Source of the DNA: Phoronis australis
Lineage: Eukaryota > Animalia > Phoronida
Assembly: GCA_002633005.1 (NCBI GenBank)
Contig: NMRA01000548.1
Location: forward strand, 172,005 to 236,004
Direction of reading: 5' to 3'
DNA length: 64,000 bases
Shown here: piece by piece, positions 12,801 to 22,620 of the stretch
How the letters are laid out: each line of letters starts with the position of its first letter
Position numbering within the stretch: position 1 is the first letter of the stretch
The notes under the pieces: model-generated
The model's input: the letters and a program-made list of their open reading frames with translations, nothing else
Databases searched by the model: none
What the model was told of the DNA's origin: nothing
Position numbers and translations under genes: made by a program

Positions 12801-14009
12801 CTTCGAAATAATTGTCTGTTCCTTTTTGCTTGAGACCTAGGTAGAGTTCAATAACACTAGGACCTTGTTAGGACCTCGCTAGAAAAGTAAGACCCGGCGG
12901 GATTACGTGAGATATTACCGTGTATTTTAAATGAGAACACGTGATTTTGTCTAGATTTTTTCCTCGCTGCGAGACAGTCACTGAGCTCTACACAGACCTG
13001 CACAGTGACTTGTCCCACCATAGATTATAGTACATGGACCGGCAACTCCGTATATTTTCAATGTACGAAATCTGTGATGTTATGCTGAAGCCCTTACAAG
13101 TACATTACGTCGTCTGCTAATAATTGTCAGAGGCGTTTGTTCCTCGATCACCTCTGACGTCACTCACTATTAAGAAAACATTATGTTTCTTATGTATGGT
13201 TGCGAGTCATCGGAAATTCAAGCGCCTGTGATCATGGTCGGTTGTTTTGTCGTCAGGTAGTAGCATTGCCAAAAGTACTCACGATACCAACAGTTCTTAC
13301 CACAGTTTCCATAAAAGGGAATAATGCGCTACGTCTATGTCTTGTTATACCAAAAAAGAAGACGTGCTTTGCCTTGTGGGAGAAAAAACTACTATTAAAG
13401 TAACGAGCAGTTGACTGATCGTTTTTATGAAATTTGAAACTAAGCAAAAATGATTTGACATCAACAGAAATTCAAAATCTATACGAACAAACCGTAAAAA
13501 TACCTGTTGGACAGTTTCACTTCTGTTTCAGTGGCAGACAACCACTTTGAATAATGTAATTTAGTTTGTTTTTCGCGTTCCAGGCCTCCTTAAAAGTTGA
13601 TATTCGGTACTAATGCAAACCATAATATTAATGATGAAGCGTCAAACACGTTCTTTACCGCCAGTGTAGATTGTTCAAAGAAAGAGGCTACAGAAAGTTT
13701 GCATTTGNATCATGGAGGTAATTTAGTTTGTTTTTCGCGTTCCAGGCCTCCTTAAAAGTTGATATTCGGTACTAATGCAAACCATAATATTAATGATGAA
13801 GCGTCAAACACGTTCTTTACCGCCAGTGTAGATTGTTCAAAGAAAGAGGCTACAGAAAGTTTGCATTTGAAAGCTGTGTCCTGAATGAATCACAGAACGT
13901 GAGATTAGTTGTACTATGACAAACTTGCATAGGTATCCTTTTTTCTTCCAGAGTTAACAAGTGCGGTCGGTGTTCCTACAACTTCTGGTTCAACGGTGTC
14001 AAAGTGTAG
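3843..14009 (+). CDS. Small secreted cysteine-rich protein (139 aa), two tandem C..PC..C..C..N.CG.C...F..G.KV modules; exons 3843-3882, 8998-9127, 12272-12463, 13952-14009
   Basis: All introns are GT(AAGT)..CAG and phases are consistent (1,2,2); total 420 nt. Translation: MKLICCLIVILVSGVSSRISMIPTCNQPACDRTSRCDHNPCNTAQAECASCPDATCVPNYCGGCNFYFVKNGQKVPGCSSPIVESDSPPNTCPSCSQGEVQCDSDPCDRSARPPCRGAKCVVNKCGRCSYNFWFNGVKV*. Hydrophobic N-terminal leader; 18 Cys in the mature part. Confidence 0.85.
6572..6626. repeat. Imperfect (AC)n microsatellite
   Basis: cacacacatacacatacacacacacacacaaacacacaaacacac, next to the 3' end of the adjacent LINE. Confidence 0.85.
6660..7500 (-). mobile_element. 3' fragment of an L1/Tx1-clade LINE (ORF2 C-terminal CCHC zinc finger)
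   Basis: Minus strand around 6940-7080 reads IMRTNKLLLQIG / DSDLCSFCHARSEEIFHLFFDC*FVKSFWQK, the C-x2-C...H-x4-C..W motif of L1/Tx1 ORF2, with a stop and a frameshift. Confidence 0.8.
9951..10920 (-). mobile_element. 5'-truncated RNase H-containing LINE (I-group-like) with (GAA)n tail, inside intron 2 of the Cys-rich gene
   Basis: Frameshifted RNase H: WIRVFRDGSA...GGG (ORF 10651-11181), then AEANA...LTDCPSLLQ...VVLQWIPSHCGISGNREADRLSKAG (ORF 10353-10910). The 3' tail appears as cttcttcttcttc at ~9953-9965. Confidence 0.85.
11215..11234. repeat. (TA)n microsatellite
   Basis: ttatatatatatatatatatatac. Confidence 0.9.
13556..13869. repeat. 152-bp direct duplication across a single n (13708); probable contig-overlap artefact
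   Basis: 13556-13707 appears identical to 13718-13869, with the n directly after copy 1. Confidence 0.85.
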
Positions 14010-17000
14010 AAAAGCCAAATTTTTGCTGTCGATTTAAGATTTGACATTATTACGTAGTGTAGTTACCTTTGAATTGTGCAGAAATGTAATCTCGATTTAG
14101 ATGTCACGGTACGCCATGTGCACGGCTTAATGCTTTCGCAGGGACCCAAAATAAACTTAAGCAGCTGCTTATATTGATGTCGTTTTCTTTTGCGGAACAA
14201 GGAATACTGGAGAACACACCAAAAGAGGAGTTTTGCGTTATTTCTTTGTAATGTTGCTGACACCAAAGCGGGTGTGTCAAGCCAAAAGCTGATGAGAGAA
14301 GTCATGTAACCAAACCGAAATTCAAATGCCTGCATGGCACACTGGTGCAGTCTGAACTTAAAAAATTCAAACTCAAACATACCTGCGTCACTTTCACAAT
14401 ATAGACTATATTTTGAAACTGATGAGACGACTAAATCCTCTGACCACACAGCGATCGTTACTAAATGCAAATGGACCCAAATAAGGAACACGCAGTCTCA
14501 TTAACCTTGTTATAAACCAGTGACCTTTCTGTAAAAGAAATCACAAATTTGACGTAGACCACTAAAAATTTTCGTGTCAGTTCATGACCATTACTAACTG
14601 AAGGATGGCGTCGATAACCATTTAGGAATTATGATGAGCTACGGTGAAATTTAAGATAACTCAAGGCCATTTTGACGAAAAAAACAACTGACACCCTTTT
14701 GGACCAGTGGGACATCAGGCAAGCGGAATCCTGAATAATGCGTTTTAACACTGTCAGCGGTTGAGGAAAGAAGTTTTCAAGTCATAGGTATACGTGATTA
14801 CTTCGCTGTGCTGATTTAAACGCACTGCTTATTCTATTCCGCCTCACCCGACGTCACAAATTAGAGTTAGTGACACTAAGCCAAAAAGCTTAGTTGTTCC
14901 CTATTTGCCATGTTTATGAAAAAGACGTCCTAAAAACTTTATAGTAAGAAAATTTGACTTGAGCTCCCACTTCGAAAATTTATGAATGAAGTATTTTCCA
15001 TGTTAGCACATCTCAATTTACAAATAATTTATGAAGAAATTACGAGCAACTAACAATTATGGGTATATTTTCAGAAACACGATACTTTTGTTGTGGTGTG
15101 ATAAGTTAATTTTCAGAAATGCGATGTTTTGTCTTGCTTAAATGAGTCTTAAGTCCCTTTTTTGAAAAGGACCCAGGGACCGGTTGCATGAGGCAGTTTC
15201 ACATTAGGAATCATAAATGTTTTGCGCATTTGTGTCTTTGTTTGCTAAAATGATGTGTTTCTCTATTGCATCATCTTTACTACAAGCTCCTCTTTTACCG
15301 TATTATTTCTGTTCTGGAATAATAAATCTGAAAATACGGACTTAGTCTTTGAATTAGTGGCTTTGCATGAAAAGGTCCCTATTTATTTTCAATAGTATTG
15401 AGAATTCAACGTAGAGTTTACTCACGGTATGTAACAACGCTAAAATTAACTTATTAATGTAGATAAGGCAGTGTTAATTAGAAGAGACAGTCAGTATTCG
15501 CGCAAGTCCATAAATGTGGTGAAATGTGTATGAACACGCTTGTGACCGGCCTATTCGTGCAACCAGCCACGGTTGCTAAGCAGAATTATTACGAGTTCTA
15601 GGTTGTGTTGCGTTTTCCTATCGTGTCTGTCTCCGATGACGGGCGTATAAATACATGTACATGTAGAATGATTATAAATGTGACACGGCCGGCTTACGTG
15701 ACCAATACGGCAAGCCCAAACATAAATCAAATCAAATCAAGAGCGTTCAAAGTGCTAATGCCGCATCTATCTTGGCCATTGCCTTTTAAGATCATTTTGT
15801 CAGTTTTACGTATCAATTGTAAAATGAATACTTGATATTCATTAGTACTTTTGCTTTGTTTGAGGGTCACTGCTTCATGTATAGAATAGATGAGGGCGTT
15901 GTAAGGTGATCACAAAATTAGATCCGGTTAGTTGACTATAGTCCAACAATAGTTTGTGATTTCTTCTCAAAGATCACAATGTCGACCGGGGCGACCTCTT
16001 GCGACTCGCGAGCAGGAAGCACGGAAAGGGTAAGCGAGCTATAATGGAAGTGAATCGTTCGTGATCACTTTTTCTCGCATCCAGCCTCCAGACTGTCATA
16101 AGTATGCCGTGTTGAACACCTCGAAAACGAGGCCAGTTGTACAGATATACATGTACTGCTATGATCTGATTTGTATTTCTTTGTTTCATCAAGGTTATCC
16201 AGGAACAGCGAGCAATTAAAATCATAGAGCAGCAACGGAATAATACATTTGTCTCAGGAAAATTACAGAAATTGGAAGAAATACTGAGAGACAATTTGAT
16301 ATGTTGAAATACACATACCAATTGGGTCATAGTGTAGTAACATCCGATAAGTTTAGCATATAATAACGCGTCAAAACAAACTCCAAAATATTTCCCATAC
16401 TGCTTTGCGTAACCGGTGGCAATTTCCTACCGACTGATTCAAGAACTGCTACTGATCAACAATAAGGTGCACTTGTGACAGAATACCTAGGGATACCATA
16501 AAATCATACGCACGATCATCGCATCTTACGCACGAACCACCTACGAACCTATAAGTCAGGCATTTGAACCTAAAAATAACGCATGAACAAAAATCGTGCG
16601 CACGAACCACTGACAAAAATCATAAATACGAACACATGTCATGGCACGAGTGGTCAATGAAGACAGCCGTCGATCAGTGTCAGTGGTACACAGCCTTGTA
16701 GACTTCATACAAGCAACAAAATTGATGGAAAACATTTCCAAAGTTACATGTCACTATTCCGGATGTTCACTACTCTCAAGGTTCGCTACTACTTCAAATG
16801 TCCACAATTCCGAAACCAGAACTTCGACATTTCATTACTCTGATTGTCTGTTAACGAGTCGGAATTCATGTGAATAACGTATTGTATTTGTGTCCATCGT
16901 GTAGTAACCATTTAAAGGGTGTGCCGTAAGTTGAATAGTCTTGAAACATTGATTACATTGTTTACAAATGAACTCAGTTCCAAACACTGCCAATCGTGAT

Positions 17001-17319
17001 TCTTGGATCTAACTAACGATCGACGGGCAAATCTGTGGCGCGTGTCAGGGCTGCGTCGACCAACGGCGGTTTTGAATTTAAGAACACTGAATGGAACTCT
17101 CTGACTTTGTGAAGATTGGCAGGGACAAGGTAGCCTTCTAATTACACTTAGTTTTGACCGGCCATGCGCGTAGTTTCGGTGGGTGAGGCGGCAGCGGCCC
17201 TAAACTAGCTTCGCGCTGTGAAATGATGCAACCTTAAAGACATGGATTTGAATAATGTATCCTAGTTGACAATTCGTCAATATTCCTACTTCATATTCAT
17301 GTAAAATGATACCAAAACC

Positions 17320-18000
17320 TTTTTTGATGATTTCCACCAATCCTTGTTCTGTCACCTGCTAATCATGCTTCACGGGCGTCAATCTTCCAAGTTAAAATTA
17401 TACCAAACCCGGTTTTGGCCTATTAGCGGATACTAAAAGCAACTTTCCAGTTATTTGAAACTAAAGCCCTGGTTCGACAATCCTCAAAAGTTTTTAGGAA
17501 AATTTAGAAAACTCCTTTCAAAGTTAGTTAAGGGGACGCTTTTAGCAAGTTACACCGGAACTGTAGGGAAAAGACCACCCGCCAAGGACAATAATGTCCA
17601 ATTCGTGAGATAGCGGGTATGAATTCGTAGTTGCTTCCTGCTTTTATCTTTCAAGATTGACGCCAATTGTGCATCAGGTGAGAGAAGGAGGATTGGTTGA
17701 AATCATCAAAACAGGGATTAGTATCCATTCTAAGCAAGGAATCGATTAAAAAGTCATACACCCCATGTCACAGTTTGGACATTATGGTCCTTGGTGGGAG
17801 GTCTTTTCCCAAAGTTCCCGTGTGATTCGCTTAAAGCGTAGGTCATGCTTGCTCGTTTAGCAAACTTTAAAAGGAGTTTTCGAATTTTTCAGCAAACTTT
17901 TGAGGAATGTCGAAGTTACAGGGCATTATTTTGTTTCAGAGAACTGGATGATAAGTCATTTTTAGTATCTGTCAATAGGTCAAAACCGGATTTGGTATCC
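17320..18000. mobile_element. Foldback/MITE with long imperfect inverted arms plus an extra inverted internal fragment
   Basis: 17400-17640 (ataccaaacccggttttggcctatt...gggaaaagacc...aatgtccaa) is inverted at ~17730-18000 (ttggacattat...ggtcttttccc...aataggtcaaaaccggatttggtat). 17320-17398 is inverted at 17641-17715. Confidence 0.75.
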
Positions 18001-19454
18001 TTTCAAAATTGCCAGAACGTACTCATTTTCCGTACTCGTAAGATATGCGGGCAATTTTGTTTGCACGTAAAATCAATAGTACGTTGTTTTTGGTATAGGT
18101 ACACTACTCGGTGCATCTACTAACCAAAGTATCGTTTACTTTTCCATGCAAAAGCATAAAAATTACACCCGAGTCCGAAATTTTAGATATTTTCGGAGTA
18201 GTGAAACTTCGAAGTAGTGAACCTTCAGAATAATGGGTTGTTCCCATTTCCAGCGGTGCCAATAACTCGAAAAAATCCAACCATATAAAAACTGTCGTAA
18301 AGCCATTCTCAGACTAAAAAATTCCGTCCGAGTATATAATGAGGTATAAGCACGCCTGGTTTGGCGGAAGGTGACGCGAGAAGGTTCTCTTTCAGGACCA
18401 CATTGCATCCGAATTTGAGTACCATTCTTTACGAGCAACCGTCTCGGCATCCCCATTTCCGTCTCATCTTAGGAACATAGAACTGAGAGTCATCATTAGG
18501 TATACGGATTTCCCTTCTCCCTAATTAAGCTGCATCAAGTGCCTTATTGAAAACTCTACGGTGTCGACGTTTGCAAAATATCAAAGGTTTACCGCTCTAG
18601 AAATTCGAACCGTACCCCGCGCAATGCTGGGTACGTGCCTACGTCGTGTTTTTCATGGTGTGCATATGTGGAAGGCAATGTGGAATAAAGTTTTGTTGCA
18701 TGTAGTTTGTAAACACACAAAACCCTATTTTTTATTTTAATTATTCATTTTGGACAACTTTCGAACGGGGCGGCGGTCGAAATCACCAAAAGTCATAAAA
18801 TTTACAAAATATGTACCCCACTCTGACACGTTACCAAACCATGAAGAGCAGTTGACTTTTAAGCAAAAAACATTCAAAACCAAGGTCAAATATTTTTAGC
18901 AGATTGTGAAGGTCAACTGAGTGGCCAGTGAAATATTTAGAATATTCCATATACTTTTAGCACAAAAATGAAAATTGTAAAAAGTTGCTCTTTTATAACA
19001 ACGTATACCAAAATGTATTTAAGTTAAATCTTCACCGGTTACTAAGTAGCCGGTTGAACATGCCTTTCAAATCAGTGGCCATGTTGTCGGTCCAAGATGA
19101 CGTCCGACCAGATTCTAACAAGTGACCCAAATTTCTACACAAAACTTGTTATAGCTTTGTACTGCTTCATCCGATTTTGATAATTTTCAGATTGTTGTTG
19201 TGTGGGATATATTATCTTTCCAAAGAAACTGAAGAAATTCTTCAAAAAGAAAAATGGTTCGATCGCCCTATTAGTACGTTCTCGTGAACGTGACAGTTTT
19301 CGATCCTACCGACGAGGCAGTCTTAGATCAGTGAGGAATCTGTGAACAGACAGACACCCCAAGCCCATACAGTTCAAGTCATGTTAGCGTTTGACGTGTT
19401 GGTGACGTCGAACTATTCGTGACGTACATGTATTCACTTTACAGAATTTTCAAG

Positions 19455-20954
19455 ATGGACTTGCAAATGGCTTACAGAGTCATTCAAGACTTTGTGAAAG
19501 TGACAATATCGTGGTTTATAGACTTTATTTGGCAAATTATGCTGAGAACGACAGAGAAAGTAAACTCTGTCATGTGGAGATTCCAGTGCAACAGAGATGC
19601 TTTTGCAAGAACGGCAATAGACGACAAGGTGTTAGGGGATGTATCTGTTGATAAAGCAGAAATTGACATTGAATTAATGGAACCTGGTGCCAGGTGTGTA
19701 GCAGACATTGTCCACAAATCAAAGGCACTCGCAGGGCAGGTCGCCGACTGCGGCGAAGCGGAGTGCGAAAGCGGGAACTCGTCAAGAGAGAACGATCCGA
19801 TTGGTCGCCGTAATGCTGGAGTGAGAAAAGTGGTGAAATTCAATGTCAGAAACAAACCAGACGACGTTGACGATGTTCGACAGGATATCATTCAATTGTC
19901 AGGTGTAGCTGTATTCGCTGATGGTGCTGATAGTAAGAAGACAGTCCCGAAATCAGAAAGCAAGCCCGTTCAAAGTGACCACTTTGAAGACCCTTCACTG
20001 TCAGATTTCAACGAGTCGACTGAGGAGTCTACAGTTTGTGAGGAAATGTGGCCCATTCCCACAGAAAAAGATGAGATGGGTAAAGAAAATGTCCAAGACA
20101 ATGCGAATCTGCCCAATGCAGACAGGGAGCAAACTGACCACCAGAATCATGGCAAAACAGCAAAGCCGCATAGGCAGCAAGAGTTAATAGCAAGTCATAT
20201 CCCAAATTTTACTGTTTCCGAGACGCTGTTTGAATTCACCAAGTCGATTGAATCGACAGTTTCCCCTATGAGTCGCAACGTGTTTACACAGGATATACAA
20301 AGCTCTGAAGTTGAGACTCTGTGCAGCACATCAGGAAGTGTCGAGGGTATACGCCCAGAAGACGACAAAATGCACAGTTTCGTGAAGTTGCCTCAAGATG
20401 CCATTTCTACTCTTGCTGCAAATCTTTTAGGAAAGACTTGCATCTCCATAGCCGAAGCTGGTAAGAAGGTCAACGAAAAAGTGCAAAGCAGCGACCTACC
20501 TGACAGCAGCAGAGATATTGTACTAGACTTTTTTAAACCTTGTGGAGTCGTCGCCTGGCCTTACTATCCTAGTCCGTCTCCCATTGCAACGTTGCCCCAG
20601 TGCGATTTGTCCTTTGCTACGGGAGACACTGTGGACACTGAATGCAAGAAGAAAAGCAAAACAGGATTCCAAAGTAACAACAATCCATTCACCACTGAGG
20701 ACACTCGTCTAGGAAACGTCAAGAAGTCTGGATTCGCGCATGTGCCTCTTGATGCTGTTTCTTTTGTTTCAGAGGACTATGGTTTTACGGATAAGCCAAA
20801 TACTGTGAAACGCGGGGGACTTTTCAAAAGTTTGAAATCACGATTCAGACGAAATAGTCACGTGGGCAAGCAGTCTACCGCTTCCTCTCTGCAGGCGCAA
20901 AGTTCCGCTTCCCGATGGCGGCATTTGATGTGTTGTAATGCCTGTGGAGATTAG
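19455..20954 (+). CDS. Uncharacterised 499-aa, largely acidic/Ser-rich (likely disordered) protein; single coding exon
   Basis: 1.5-kb uninterrupted ORF in AT-rich DNA. A splice acceptor ttcactttacag ends at 19444, just before aagATGG. AATAAA lies at ~21161. No domain recognised. Confidence 0.7.
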   Translation: MDLQMAYRVIQDFVKVTISWFIDFIWQIMLRTTEKVNSVMWRFQCNRDAFARTAIDDKVLGDVSVDKAEIDIELMEPGARCVADIVHKSKALAGQVADCGEAECESGNSSRENDPIGRRNAGVRKVVKFNVRNKPDDVDDVRQDIIQLSGVAVFADGADSKKTVPKSESKPVQSDHFEDPSLSDFNESTEESTVCEEMWPIPTEKDEMGKENVQDNANLPNADREQTDHQNHGKTAKPHRQQELIASHIPNFTVSETLFEFTKSIESTVSPMSRNVFTQDIQSSEVETLCSTSGSVEGIRPEDDKMHSFVKLPQDAISTLAANLLGKTCISIAEAGKKVNEKVQSSDLPDSSRDIVLDFFKPCGVVAWPYYPSPSPIATLPQCDLSFATGDTVDTECKKKSKTGFQSNNNPFTTEDTRLGNVKKSGFAHVPLDAVSFVSEDYGFTDKPNTVKRGGLFKSLKSRFRRNSHVGKQSTASSLQAQSSASRWRHLMCCNACGD

Positions 20955-21280
20955 AACACCTATCCTATTCCAAAACTGACTTAATTATAATTAGGACTAT
21001 TACTCCCAGATTATAAGCTCAGTGTTGAGCACTTTTTAGCACTTTTATACTAACCCGAATTATTTTAAAATACGCTGCACTTCCGTGAATGTTTCGCAAC
21101 AATTAAGTCTCTGTCGTGTACATACTATGTACTGAATGTAAATTACATGACGACGGGCAAAATAAAATGAAGTTGCAGGCGTAAAGTTTGTTTTAATTGG
21201 TGCTTAAGCTGAAAATTGCGTTTTCTTATTAGTTGAATAAGACACATTTCTCGTATCGAATACCTAGACTGATACCACAT

Positions 21281-21513
21281 GCGCGCGCACCCAGGGGGAT
21301 CGAACACGCCCTCCATTTTGCGAAGTGGGCAAAAAAGGTCCGCCTCAGAAAGACAAAAAGTCTGAGAAAACGAGACGAAAGTCCACTAAAAAATGCGCTG
21401 ACGCACAGTGAAGGTGGTACCCCGTTTTTTTAGTCCTTCCGCTTTTTTGTCAGCAAAAGATCCACATCGCAGTAAATTCGAGCCACCCCATGTTAAAGGC
21501 TGGGTGCGCGCTT
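21281..21513. mobile_element. MITE with 12-bp terminal inverted repeats
   Basis: gcgcgcacccag (21283-21294) pairs with ctgggtgcgcgc (21500-21511). Confidence 0.65.
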
Positions 21514-22390
21514 GTACCGTAGGCCAGTGTACTTGGCCTTCTAGCCTCGTATCAGACTAGAAAGAGGTCAGTCAAGGCAAATTACTCGGATTTTATATTT
21601 TTTAAGCAGCAGAATGAGTGCCAAAACGTTCCATTTTTAGGGGCATGCATGAATGTCATGATAGAGTGTATAGTAGCCAGCACACTACACTGACTCAGGA
21701 CACTTGAAATATCCAAACACTGACATCAAAATTTCGAAATTCCGATAAACACATTTTCGCTAACGCCGTGTTTACTTTTTGTCCTCAAAGTGTGAGCGGA
21801 GTACAGTCTATTCAAATTGCCGGTAATAGCGTGTCCACTTTTATCCCCGAAGTCCCTCATGTCAATTCACGCTAAAAGGAAGTTAGTATTTAAACTCCTT
21901 GAGAATTGGTGCAACCTAATTGCCCGACCGAAGCAAAGAGAACCTTGAAGTCGTTTTACCAGAGTTACAATTTTCTTTCACCTTTGGATTGTAAATTTCA
22001 GTACTGTAATGAAGTAACAAGGAAGACTTATCAAAACTGATGCCATTTTGGAGTGGTTTGCCCAAGGTTTGAATGGTATTGGATTAGCTCTTTTTTATCA
22101 CAGTACTTAAAAGTTTGAATGAAGTTTTACATTCAATCTGCTTAACTTAAACACTTCATACCATGACCATATGTGATTGAATTTAATTACCAACGATTTT
22201 GGTATTTATTCTTCAATTTGTGTAGGCCTACTTTTAATCAAGAAATTTACATGAAAATTAAAAAATAAAAACAAAAGTTTGTGTCACGTCAAGGTAATCC
22301 CGGGTCCCCGCCATTGTGTTGTTCTTCTCCACCCGTGAGCCCGAGTTGTCTAAGAAAAAAATCTAATATTGCTTGAGACGAGTATTATAA

Positions 22391-22620
22391 AAAAAGTGCG
22401 TGTGTGGAGAATGCAGTATTAGCAATAAATTTTTGTGCTCCCAAAAGAACCATGATCGCCTACAGATGGCACAAGTTCATGCGTCGGACACGGGTATGGC
22501 AGTACACAGTGGAACAAAAGCGGATAAGTTCAGAGGACGGCACGCTGTGCTCATCCCATTGTGAAGAATCTTAGTTCGACCCGTCGCAGAAGCGAAGAGT
22601 TGATGAAGGTTTCTCCAACC
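22391..22620 (+). pseudogene. Decayed THAP zinc-finger (DNA-transposon relic, P/Kolobok-like)
   Basis: KKCVCGECSISNK [frameshift] PKRTMIAYRWHKFMRRTRVW...GTLCSSHCEES*FDP follows the THAP pattern C-x4-C...P...W...C-x2-H, with a frameshift and a stop at 22572-22574. Confidence 0.6.

Noticed and set aside
13556-13869. 152-bp direct repeat
   Set aside because: Apparently identical copies around a single n; contig overlap.
13933-13942. GTATCCTTTT, a U12 GT donor consensus
   Set aside because: It lies inside the pyrimidine tract of the exon-4 acceptor, and I could not identify a partner U12 branch site and exon; likely chance.
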